Shown here: positions 15,150-29,449 of the stretch, piece by piece
How the letters are laid out: the number at the start of each line of letters is the position of its first letter
Position numbering within the stretch: the first letter of the stretch is position 1
Assembly (NCBI GenBank): GCA_964016885.1
Contig: OZ024759.1
Coordinates: 2,108,001 to 2,172,000 of the forward strand
Length of the DNA: 64,000 bases
From: Eledone cirrhosa
Lineage: Eukaryota
Direction: 5' to 3'
Notes under the pieces: generated by a model
What the model was told of the DNA's origin: nothing
Database searches by the model: none
What the model saw: the letters and a program-made list of their open reading frames with translations, nothing else
Made by a program: the position numbers and the translations under genes

Positions 15150-18100
15150 ATGACAATGTCTATATTAGTAACATGACAAAGTCTATATTAGTAACATGAC
15201 AAAGTCTATATTAGTAACATGACACAGTCTATATTTGTAACATGACGAAGTCTATATTAGTAACATGACACAGTCTATATTAGTAACATGACACAGTCTA
15301 TATTAGTAACATGACAAAGTCTATATTAGTAACATGACAAAGTCTATATTAGTAACATGACAAAGTCTATATTAGTAACATGACAAAGTCTATATTAGTA
15401 GCATGACACAGTCTATATTAGCAACATGACAAAGTCTATATTAGTAACATGACACAGTCTATATTAGTAACATGACACAGTCTATATTAGTAACATGACA
15501 CAGTCTATATTAGTAACATGACAAAGTCTATATTAGTAACATGACAAAGTCTATATTAGTAACATGACAAAGTCTATATTAGTAACATGACACAGTCTAT
15601 ATTAGTAACATGACACAGTCTATATTAGTAGCATGACACAGTCTATATTAGTAACATGATACAGTCTATATTAGTAACATGACAAAGTCTATATTAGTAA
15701 CATGACAAAGTCTATATTAGTAAAATGACAAAGTCTATATTAGTAACATAACAAAGTCTTTATTAGTAACATGACACAGTCTATATTAGTAACATGACAC
15801 AGTCTATATTAGTAACATGACAAAGTCTATATTAGTAACATGACACAGTCTATATTAGTAACATGACACAGTCTATATTAGTAACATGACAAAGTCTATA
15901 TTAGTAACATGACAAAGTCTATATTAGTAACATGACAAAGTCTATATTAGTAACATGACAAAGTCTATATTAGTAGCATGACAAAGTCTGTATTAGTAAA
16001 ATGACAAAGTCTATATTAGTAACATGACAAAGTCTATATTAGTAACATGACAAAGTCTATATTAGTAACATGACACAGTCTATATTAGTAACATGACAAA
16101 GTCTATATTAGTAGCATGACAAAGTCTATATTAGTAACATGACAAAGTCTATATTAGTAACATGACACAGTCTATATTAGTAACATGACACAGTCTATAT
16201 TAGTAACTTGACTAAGTCTATATTAGTAACATGACAATGTCTATATTAGTAACATGACAAAGTCTATATTAGTAACATGACACAGTCTATATTAGTAACA
16301 TGACAGTCTATATTAGTAACATGACACAGTCTATATTAGTAACATGACACAGTCTATATTAGTAGCATGACACAGTCTATATTAGCAACATGACAAAGTC
16401 TATATTAGTAACATGACACAGTCTATATTAGTAGCATGACAAAGTCTGTATTAGTAACATGACAAAGTCTATATTAGTAACATGACAAAGTCTATATTAG
16501 TAGCATGACACAGTCTATATTAGCAACATGACAAAGTCTATATTAGTAACATGACACAGTCTATATTAGTAGCATGACAAAGTCTGTATTAGTAACATGA
16601 CAAAGTCTATATTAGTAACATGACAAAGTCTATATTAGTAACATGACAAAGTCTATATTAGTAACATGACACAGTCTATATTAGTAACATGACAAAGTCT
16701 ATATTAGTAGCATGGCAAAGTCTATATTAGTAACATGACAAAGTCTATATTAGTAACATGACAAATTCTATATTAGTAACATGACAAAGTCTATATTAGT
16801 AACATGACAAAGTCTATATTAGTAACATGACAAAGTCTATATTAGTAACATGACACAGTATATATTAGTAACATGACAGTCTATATTAGTAACATGACAG
16901 TCTACATTAGTAACATGACACCGTCTATATTAGTAACATGACAAAGTCGATATTAGTAACGTGACAATGTCTATATTAGTAACATGACAAAGTCTATATT
17001 AGTAACATGACACAGCCTATATTACTAACATGACACAGTCTATATTAGTAACATGACACAGTCTATATTAGTAACATGACAAAGTCTATATTAGTAACAT
17101 GACAAAGTCTATATTAGTAACATGACAAAGTCTATATTAGTAACATGACACAGTCTATATTAGTAACATGACACAGTCTATATTAGTAGCATGACACAGT
17201 CTATATTAGTAACATGATACAGTCTATATTAGTAACATGACAAAGTCTATATTAGTAACATGACAAAGTCTATATTAGTAAAATGACAAAGTCTATATTA
17301 GTAGCATGACAAAGTCTTTATTAGTAACATGACACAGTCTATATTAGTAACATGACAAAGTCTATATTAGTAACATGACAAAGTCTATATTAGTAACATG
17401 ACACAGTCTATATTAGTAACATCACACAGTCTATATTAGTAACATGACAAAGTCTATATTAGTAACATGACAAGGTCTATATTAGTAACATGACACAGTC
17501 TATATTAGTAACATGACACAGTCTATATTAGTAACATGACACAGTCTATATTAGTAACATGAGACAGTCTATATTAGTAACATGAGACAGTCTATATTAG
17601 TAGCATGACAAAGTCTATATTAGTAACATGACACAGTCTACATTAGTAACATGACAAAGTCTATATTAGTAACATGACACAGTCTATATTAGTAACATGA
17701 GACAGTCTATATTAGTAACATGACTAAGTCTATATTAGTAACATGACACAGTCTATATTAGTAACATGACACAGTCTATATTAGTAACATGACAATGTCT
17801 ATATTAGTAACATGACAAAGTCTATATTAGTAACATGACAAAGTCTATATTAGTAACATGACACAGTCTATATTTGTAACATGACGAAGTCTATATTAGT
17901 AACATGACACAGTCTATATTAGTAACATGACACAGTCTATATTAGTAACATGACAAAGTCTATATTAGTAACATGACAAAGTCTATATTAGTAACATGAC
18001 AAAGTCTATATTAGTAACATGACAAAGTCTATATTAGTAGCATGACACAGTCTATATTAGCAACATGACAAAGTCTATATTAGTAACATGACACAGTCTA

Positions 18101-19250
18101 TATTAGTAACATGACACAGTCTATATTAGTAACATGACACAGTCTATATTAGTAACATGACAAAGTCTATATTAGTAACATGACAAAGTCTATATTAGTA
18201 ACATGACAAAGTCTATATTAGTAACATGACACAGTCTATATTAGTAACATGACACAGTCTATATTAGTAGCATGACACAGTCTATATTAGTAACATGATA
18301 CAGTCTATATTAGTAACATGACAAAGTCTATATTAGTAACATGACAAAGTCTATATTAGTAAAATGACAAAGTCTATATTAGTAACATAACAAAGTCTTT
18401 ATTAGTAACATGACACAGTCTATATTAGTAACATGACACAGTCTATATTAGTAACATGACAAAGTCTATATTAGTAACATGACACAGTCTATATTAGTAA
18501 CATGACACAGTCTATATTAGTAACATGACAAAGTCTATATTAGTAACATGACAAAGTCTATATTAGTAACATGACAAAGTCTATATTAGTAACATGACAA
18601 AGTCTATATTAGTAGCATGACAAAGTCTGTATTAGTAAAATGACAAAGTCTATATTAGTAACATGACAAAGTCTATATTAGTAACATGACAAAGTCTATA
18701 TTAGTAACATGACACAGTCTATATTAGTAACATGACAAAGTCTATATTAGTAGCATGACAAAGTCTATATTAGTAACATGACAAAGTCTATATTAGTAAC
18801 ATGACACAGTCTATATTAGTAACATGACACAGTCTATATTAGTAACTTGACTAAGTCTATATTAGTAACATGACAATGTCTATATTAGTAACATGACAAA
18901 GTCTATATTAGTAACATGACACAGTCTATATTAGTAACATGACAGTCTATATTAGTAACATGACACAGTCTATATTAGTAACATGACACAGTCTATATTA
19001 GTAGCATGACAAAGTCTATATTAGTAACATGACACAGTGTATATTAGTAACATGACAAAGTCTATATTAGTAGCATGACAAAGTCTATATTAGTAACATG
19101 ACACAGTCTATATTAGTAACATGACACAGTCTATATTAGTAACATGACAGTCTATATTAGTAACATGACAAAGTCTATATTAGTAACATGACACAGTCTA
19201 TATTAGTATCATGACAAAGTCTATATTAGTAACATGACAAAGTCTATATT
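15150..19250 (+). repeat. Copy of block ~8450-12550 (offset 6698 bp)
   Basis: Markers at offset 6698: gacaatg (8459/15157), aacataac (9051/15749 and 11690/18388), aacgtg (10263/16961), gtatcatg (12511/19209). Confidence 0.87.
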
Positions 19251-20499
19251 AGTAACATGACAAAGTCTATATTAGTAACATGACAAAGTCTATATTAGTA
19301 ACATGACACAGTCTATATTAGTGACATGACAGTCTATATTAGTAACATGACAGTCTACATTAGTAACATGACACAGTCTATATTAGTAACATGACAAAGT
19401 CTATATTAGTAGCATGACAAAGTCTATATTAGTAGCATGACAAAGTCTATATTAGTAATATGAAAAAGTCTATATTAGTAACATGACAAAGTCTATATTA
19501 GTAACATGACACAGTCTATATTAGTAACATGACAAAGTCTATATTAGTAGCATGACAAAGTCTATATTAGTAACATGACAAAGTCTATATTAGTAACATG
19601 ACAAAGTCTATATTAGTAACATGACAAAGTCTATATTAGTAACATGACAAAGTCTATATTAGTAACATGACAAAGTCTATATTAGTAACATGACACAGTC
19701 TATATTAGTAACATGACAGTCTATATTAGTAACATGACAGTCTACATTAGTAACATGACACAGTCTATATTAGTAACATGACAAAGTCGATTTTAGTAAC
19801 ATGACAATGTCTATATTAGTAACATGACAAAGTCTATATTAGTAACATGACAAAGTCTATATTAGTAGCATGACAAAGTCTATATTAGTAACATGACTAA
19901 GTCTATATTAGTAACATGACAAAGTCTATATTAGTAACATGACACAGTCTATATTAGTAACATGACAAAGTCTATATTAGTAGCATGACAAAGTCTATAT
20001 TAGTAACATGACAAAGTCTATATTAGTAACATGACAAAGTCTATATTAGTAACATGACAAAGTCTATATTAGTAACATGACAAAGTCTATATTAGTAACA
20101 TGACACAGTCTATATTAGTAACATGACAGTCTATATTAGTAACATGACAGTCTACATTCGTAACATGACACAGTCTATATTAGTAACATGACACAGTCTA
20201 TATTAGTAGCATGACAAAGTCTATATTAGTAACATGACACAGTCTATATTAGTAGCATGACACAGTCTATATTAGTAACATGACAAAGTCTATATTAGTA
20301 ACATGACAAAGTCTATATTAGTAACATGACAAAGTCTATATTAGTAACATGACAAAGTCTATATTAGTAGCATGACAAAGTCTATATTAGTAACATGACA
20401 AAGTCTATATTAGTAACATGGCAAAGTCTATATTAGTAACATGACAAAGTCTATATTAGTAACATGACACAGTCTATATTAGTAGCATGACAAAGTCTA

Positions 20500-23400
20500 T
20501 ATTAGTAACATGACAAAGTCTATATTAGTAGCATGACACAGTCTATATTAGTAACATGACAAAGTCTATATTAGTAACATGACAGTCTATATTAGTAACA
20601 TGACACAGTCTATATTAGTAACATGACACAGTCTATATTAGTAACATGAGACAGTCTATATTAGTAACATGACAAAGTCTATATTAGTAACATGACACAG
20701 TCTATATTAGTAACATGACACAGTCTATATTAGTAACATGACAAAGTCTATATTAGTAACATGACACAGTCTATATTAGTAACATGACACAGTCTATATT
20801 AGTAGCATGACAAAGTCTATGTTAGTAACATGACACAGTCCATATTAGTAGCATCACACAGTCTATATTAGTAACATGACAAAGTCTATATTAGTAACAT
20901 GACAAAGTCTATATTAGTAACATGACAAAGTCTATATTAGTAACATGACAAAGTCTATATTAGTAACATGACAAAGTCTATATTAGTAACATGACAAAGT
21001 CTATATTAGTAACATGACACAGTCTATATTAGTAACATGACAGTCTATATTAGTAACATGACAGTCTACATTAGTAACATGACACAGTCTATATTAGTAA
21101 CATGACAAAGTCGATATTAGTAACATGACAAAGTCTATATTAGTAACATGACAAAGTCTATATTAGTAACATGACAAAGTCTATATTAGTAACATGACAC
21201 AGTCTATATTAGTAACATGACAAAGTCTATATTAGTAACATGACACAGTCTATATTAGTAACATGACACAGTCTATATTAGTAACATGACAAAGTCTATA
21301 TTAGTAACATGACAAAGTCTATATTAGTAACATGACAAAGTCTATAGTAGTAACATGAGACAGTCTATATTAGTAACATGACGAAGTCTATATTAGTAAC
21401 ATGACACAGTCTATATTAGTAACATGACACAGTCTATATTAGTAACATGACAAAGTCTATATTAGTAACATGACACAGTCTATATTAGTAACATGACACA
21501 GTCTATATTAGTAACATGACACAGTCTATATTAGTAACATTACAAAGTCTATATTAGTAACATGACAAAGTCTATATTAGTAACATGACAAAGTCTATAT
21601 TAGTAACATGACACAGTCTATATTAGTAACATGACACAGTCTATATTAGTAGAATGACACAGTCTATATTAGTAACATGATACAGTCTATATTAGTAACA
21701 TGACAAAGTCTATATTAGTAACATGACAAAGTCTATATAGTAAAATGACAAAGTCTATATTAGTAACATGACAAAGTCTTTATTAGTAACATGACAAGTC
21801 TATATTAGCAACATGACACAGTCTATATTAGTAACATGACAAAGTCTATATTAGTAACATGACAAAGTCTATATTAGTAACATGACAAAGTCTATATTAG
21901 TAACATGACACAGTCTATATTAGTAACATGACAAAGTCTATATTAGTAGCATGACAAAGTCTATATTAGTAACATGACAAAGTCTATATTAGTAACATGA
22001 CAAAGTCTATATTAGTAGCATGACACAGTCTATATTAGCAACATGACAAAGTCTATATTAGTAACATGACACAGTCTATATTAGTAGCATGACAAAGTCT
22101 GTATTAGTAACATGACAAAGTCTATATTAGTAACATGACAAAGTCTATATTAGTAACATGACAAAGTCTATATTAGTAACATGACACAGTCTATATTAGT
22201 AACATGACACAGTCTATATTAGTAACATGACAAAGTCTATATTAGTAACATGACACAGTCTATATTAGTAACATGACAAAGTCTATATTAGTAGCATGAC
22301 AAAGTCTATATTAGTAACATGACAAAGTCTATATTAGTAACATGACAAAGTCTATATTAGTAGCATGACACAGTCTATATTAGCAACATGACAAAGTCTA
22401 TATTAGTAACATGACACAGTCTATATTAGTAGCATGACAAAGTCTGTATTAGTAACATGACAAAGCCTATATTAGTAACATGACAAAGTCTATATTAGTA
22501 ACATGACAAAGTCTATATTAGTAACATGACACAGTCTATATTAGTAACATGACAAAGTCTATATTAGTAGCATGGCAAAGTCTATATTAGTAACATGACA
22601 AAGTCTATATTAGTAACATGACAAATTCTATATTAGTAACATGACAAAGTCTATATTAGTAACATGACAAAGTCTATATTAGTAACATGACAAAGTCTAT
22701 ATTAGTAACATGACACAGTATATATTAGTAACATGACAGTCTATATTAGTAACATGACAGTCTACATTAGTAACATGACACCGTCTATATTAGTAACATG
22801 ACAAAGTCGATATTAGTAACGTGACAATGTCTATATTAGTAACATGACAAAGTCTATATTAGTAACATGACACAGCCTATATTACTAACATGACACAGTC
22901 TATATTAGTAACATGACACAGTCTATATTAGTAACATGACAAAGTCTATATTAGTAACATGACAAAGTCTATATTAGTAACATGACAAAGTCTATATTAG
23001 TAACATGACACAGTCTATATTAGTAACATGACACAGTCTATATTAGTAGCATGACACAGTCTATATTAGTAACATGATACAGTCTATATTAGTAACATGA
23101 CAAAGTCTATATTAGTAACATGACAAAGTCTATATTAGTAAAATGACAAAGTCTATATTAGTAACATGACAAAGTCTTTATTAGTAACATGACACAGTCT
23201 ATATTAGTAACATGACAAAGTCTATATTAGTAACATGACAAAGTCTATATTAGTAACATGACACAGTCTATATTAGTAACATCACACAGTCTATATTAGT
23301 AACATGACAAAGTCTATATTAGTAACATGACAAGGTCTATATTAGTAACATGACACAGTCTATATTAGTAACATGACACAGTCTATATTAGTAACATGAC

Positions 23401-26400
23401 ACAGTCTATATTAGTAACATGAGACAGTCTATATTAGTAACATGAGACAGTCTATATTAGTAGCATGACAAAGTCTATATTAGTAACATGACACAGTCTA
23501 CATTAGTAACATGACAAAGTCTATATTAGTAACATGACACAGTCTATATTAGTAACATGAGACAGTCTATATTAGTAACATGACTAAGTCTATATTAGTA
23601 ACATGACACAGTCTATATTAGTAACATGACACAGTCTATATTAGTAACATGACAATGTCTATATTAGTAACATGACAAAGTCTATATTAGTAACATGACA
23701 AAGTCTATATTAGTAACATGACAAAGTCTATAGTAGTAACATGAGACAGTCTATATTAGTAACATGACGAAGTCTATATTAGTAACATGACACAGTCTAT
23801 ATTAGTAACATGACACAGTCTATATTAGTAGCATGACAAAGTCTATATTAGTAACATGACAAAGTCTATATTAGTAGCATGACACAGTCTATATTAGTAA
23901 CATGACAAAGTCTATATTAGTAACATGACAGTCTATATTAGTAACATGACACAGTCTATATTAGTAACATGACACAGTCTATATTAGTAACATGAGACAG
24001 TCTATATTAGTAACATGACAAAGTCTATATTAGTAACATGACACAGTCTATATTAGTAACATGACACAGTCTATATTAGTAACATGACAAAGTCTATATT
24101 AGTAACATGACACAGTCTATATTAGTAACATGACACAGTCTATATTAGTAGCATGACAAAGTCTATGTTAGTAACATGACACAGTCCATATTAGTAGCAT
24201 CACACAGTCTATATTAGTAACATGACAAAGTCTATATTAGTAACATGACAAAGTCTATATTAGTAACATGACAAAGTCTATATTAGTAACATGACAAAGT
24301 CTATATTAGTAACATGACAAAGTCTATATTAGTAACATGACAAAGTCTATATTAGTAACATGACACAGTCTATATTAGTAACATGACAGTCTATATTAGT
24401 AACATGACAGTCTACATTAGTAACATGACACAGTCTATATTAGTAACATGACAAAGTCGATATTAGTAACATGACAAAGTCTATATTAGTAACATGACAA
24501 AGTCTATATTAGTAACATGACAAAGTCTATATTAGTAACATGACACAGTCTATATTAGTAACATGACAAAGTCTATATTAGTAACATGACACAGTCTATA
24601 TTAGTAACATGACACAGTCTATATTAGTAACATGACAAAGTCTATATTAGTAACATGACAAAGTCTATATTAGTAACATGACAAAGTCTATAGTAGTAAC
24701 ATGAGACAGTCTATATTAGTAACATGACGAAGTCTATATTAGTAACATGACACAGTCTATATTAGTAACATGACACAGTCTATATTAGTAACATGACAAA
24801 GTCTATATTAGTAACATGACACAGTCTATATTAGTAACATGACACAGTCTATATTAGTAACATGACACAGTCTATATTAGTAACATTACAAAGTCTATAT
24901 TAGTAACATGACAAAGTCTATATTAGTAACATGACAAAGTCTATATTAGTAACATGACACAGTCTATATTAGTAACATGACACAGTCTATATTAGTAGAA
25001 TGACACAGTCTATATTAGTAACATGATACAGTCTATATTAGTAACATGACAAAGTCTATATTAGTAACATGACAAAGTCTATATAGTAAAATGACAAAGT
25101 CTATATTAGTAACATGACAAAGTCTTTATTAGTAACATGACAAGTCTATATTAGCAACATGACACAGTCTATATTAGTAACATGACAAAGTCTATATTAG
25201 TAACATGACAAAGTCTATATTAGTAACATGACAAAGTCTATATTAGTAACATGACACAGTCTATATTAGTAACATGACAAAGTCTATATTAGTAGCATGA
25301 CAAAGTCTATATTAGTAACATGACAAAGTCTATATTAGTAACATGACAAAGTCTATATTAGTAGCATGACACAGTCTATATTAGCAACATGACAAAGTCT
25401 ATATTAGTAACATGACACAGTCTATATTAGTAGCATGACAAAGTCTGTATTAGTAACATGACAAAGTCTATATTAGTAACATGACAAAGTCTATATTAGT
25501 AACATGACAAAGTCTATATTAGTAACATGACACAGTCTATATTAGTAACATGACACAGTCTATATTAGTAACATGACAAAGTCTATATTAGTAACATGAC
25601 ACAGTCTATATTAGTAACATGACAAAGTCTATATTAGTAGCATGACAAAGTCTATATTAGTAACATGACAAAGTCTATATTAGTAACATGACAAAGTCTA
25701 TATTAGTAGCATGACACAGTCTATATTAGCAACATGACAAAGTCTATATTAGTAACATGACACAGTCTATATTAGTAGCATGACAAAGTCTGTATTAGTA
25801 ACATGACAAAGTCTATATTAGTAACATGACAAAGTCTATATTAGTAACATGACAAAGTCTATATTAGTAACATGACACAGTCTATATTAGTAACATGACA
25901 AAGTCTATATTAGTAGCATGGCAAAGTCTATATTAGTAACATGACAAAGTCTATATTAGTAACATGACAAATTCTATATTAGTAACATGACAAAGTCTAT
26001 ATTAGTAACATGACAAAGTCTATATTAGTAACATGACAAAGTCTATATTAGTAACATGACACAGTATATATTAGTAACATGACAGTCTATATTAGTAACA
26101 TGACAGTCTACATTAGTAACATGACACCGTCTATATTAGTAACATGACAAAGTCGATATTAGTAACGTGACAATGTCTATATTAGTAACATGACAAAGTC
26201 TATATTAGTAACATGACACAGCCTATATTACTAACATGACACAGTCTATATTAGTAACATGACACAGTCTATATTAGTAACATGACAAAGTCTATATTAG
26301 TAACATGACAAAGTCTATATTAGTAACATGACAAAGTCTATATTAGTAACATGACACAGTCTATATTAGTAACATGACACAGTCTATATTAGTAGCATGA

Positions 26401-26870
26401 CACAGTCTATATTAGTAACATGATACAGTCTATATTAGTAACATGACAAAGTCTATATTAGTAACATGACAAAGTCTATATTAGTAAAATGACAAAGTCT
26501 ATATTAGTAACATGACAAAGTCTTTATTAGTAACATGACACAGTCTATATTAGTAACATGACAAAGTCTATATTAGTAACATGACAAAGTCTATATTAGT
26601 AACATGACACAGTCTATATTAGTAACATCACACAGTCTATATTAGTAACATGACAAAGTCTATATTAGTAACATGACAAGGTCTATATTAGTAACATGAC
26701 ACAGTCTATATTAGTAACATGACACAGTCTATATTAGTAACATGACACAGTCTATATTAGTAACATGAGACAGTCTATATTAGTAACATGAGACAGTCTA
26801 TATTAGTAGCATGACAAAGTCTATATTAGTAACATGACACAGTCTACATTAGTAACATGACAAAGTCTAT
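20500..26870 (+). repeat. Near-tandem duplication with 3346-bp period
   Basis: Markers at offset 3346: ctatgttag (20821/24167), 1-bp-deletion ctatatagtaaaatg (21740/25086), aacgtg (22821/26167). Confidence 0.85.
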
Positions 26871-29449
26871 ATTAGTAACATGACTAAGTCTATATTAGTA
26901 ACATGACACAGTCTATATTAGTAACATGACACAGTCTATATTAGTAACATGACAATGTCTATATTAGTAACATGACAAAGTCTATATTAGTAACATGACA
27001 AAGTCTATATTAGTAACATGACACAGTCTATATTTGTAACATGACGAAGTCTATATTAGTAACATGACACAGTCTATATTAGTAACATGACACAGTCTAT
27101 ATTAGTAACATGACAAAGTCTATATTAGTAACATGACAAAGTCTATATTAGTAACATGACAAAGTCTATATTAGTAACATGACAAAGTCTATATTAGTAG
27201 CATCACACAGTCTATATTAGCAACATGACAAAGTCTATATTAGTAACATGACACAGTCTATATTAGTAACATGACACAGTCTATATTAGTAACATGACAC
27301 AGTCTATATTAGTAACATGACAAAGTCTATATTAGTAACATGACAAAGTCTATATTAGTAACATGACAAAGTCTATATTAGTAACATGACACAGTCTATA
27401 TTAGTAACATGACACAGTCTATATTAGTAGCATGACACAGTCTATATTAGTAACATGATACAGTCTATATTAGTAACATGACAAAGTCTATATTAGTAAC
27501 ATGACAAAGTCTATATTAGTAAAATGACAAAGTCTATATTAGTAACATAACAAAGTCTTTATTAGTAACATGACACAGTCTATATTAGTAACATGACACA
27601 GTCTATATTAGTAACATGACAAAGTCTATATTAGTAACATGACACAGTCTATATTAGTAACATGACACAGTCTATATTAGTAACATGACAAAGTCTATAT
27701 TAGTAACATGACAAAGTCTATATTAGTAACATGACAAAGTCTATATTAGTAACATGACAAAGTCTATATTAGTAGCATGACAAAGTCTGTATTAGTAAAA
27801 TGACAAAGTCTATATTAGTAACATGACAAAGTCTATATTAGTAACATGACAAAGTCTATATTAGTAACATGACACAGTCTATATTAGTAACATGACAAAG
27901 TCTATATTAGTAGGATGACAAAGTCTATATTAGTAACATGACAAAGTCTATATTAGTAACATGACACAGTCTATATTAGTAACATGACACAGTCTATATT
28001 AGTAACATGACTAAGTCTATATTAGTAACATGACAATGTCTATATTAGTAACACGACAAAGTCTATATTAGTAACATGACACAGTCTATATTAGTAACAT
28101 GACAGTCTATATTAGTAACATGACACAGTCTATATTAGTAACATGACACAGTCTATATTAGTAGCATGACAAAGTCTATATTAGTAACATGACACAGTGT
28201 ATATTAGTAACATGACAAAGTCTATATTAGTAGCATGACAAAGTCTATATTAGTAACATGACACAGTCTATATTAGTAACATGACACAGTCTATATTAGT
28301 AACATGACAGTCTATATTAGTAACATGACAAAGTCTATATTAGTAACATGACACAGTCTATATTAGTATCATGACAAAGTCTATATTAGTAACATGACAA
28401 AGTATATATTAGTAACATGACAAAGTCTATATTAGTAACATGACAAAGTCTATATTAGTAACATGACACAGTCTATATTAGTGACATGACAGTCTATATT
28501 AGTAACATGACAGTCTACATTAGTAACATGACACAGTCTATATTAGTAACATGACAAAGTCTATATTAGTAGCATGACAAAGTCTATATTAGTAGCATGA
28601 CAAAGTCTATATTAGTAATATGAAAAAGTCTATATTAGTAACATGACAAAGTCTATATTAGTAACATGACACAGTCTACATTAGTAACATGACAAAGTCT
28701 ATATTAGTAGCATGACAAAGTCTATATTAGTAACATGACAAAGTCTATATTAGTAACATGACAAAGTCTATATTAGTAACATGACACAGTCTATATTAGT
28801 AACATGACAAAGTCTATATTAGTAACATGACAAAGTCTATATTAGTAACATGACACAGTCTATATTAGTAACATGACAGTCTATATTAGTAACATGACAG
28901 TCTACATTAGTAACATGACACAGTCTATATTAGTAACATGACAAAGTCGATTTTAGTAACATGACAATGTCTATATTAGTAACATGACAAAGTATATATT
29001 AGTAACATGACAAAGTCTATATTAGTAGCATGACAAAGTCTATATTAGTAACATGACTAAGTCTATATTAGTAACATGACAAAGTCTATATTAGTAACAT
29101 GACACAGTCTATATTAGTAACATGACAAAGTCTATATTAGTAGCATGACAAAGTCTATATTAGTAACATGACAAAGTCTATATTAGTAACATGACAAAGT
29201 CTATATTAGTAACATGACAAAGTCTATATTAGTAACATGACAAAGTCTATATTAGTAACATGACACAGTCTATATTAGTAACATGACAGTCTATATTAGT
29301 AACATGACAGTCTACATTCGTAACATGACACAGTCTATATTAGTAACATGACACAGTCTATATTAGTAGCATGACAAAGTCTATATTAGTAACATGACAC
29401 AGTCTATATTAGTAGCATGACACAGTCTATATTAGTAACATGACAAAGT

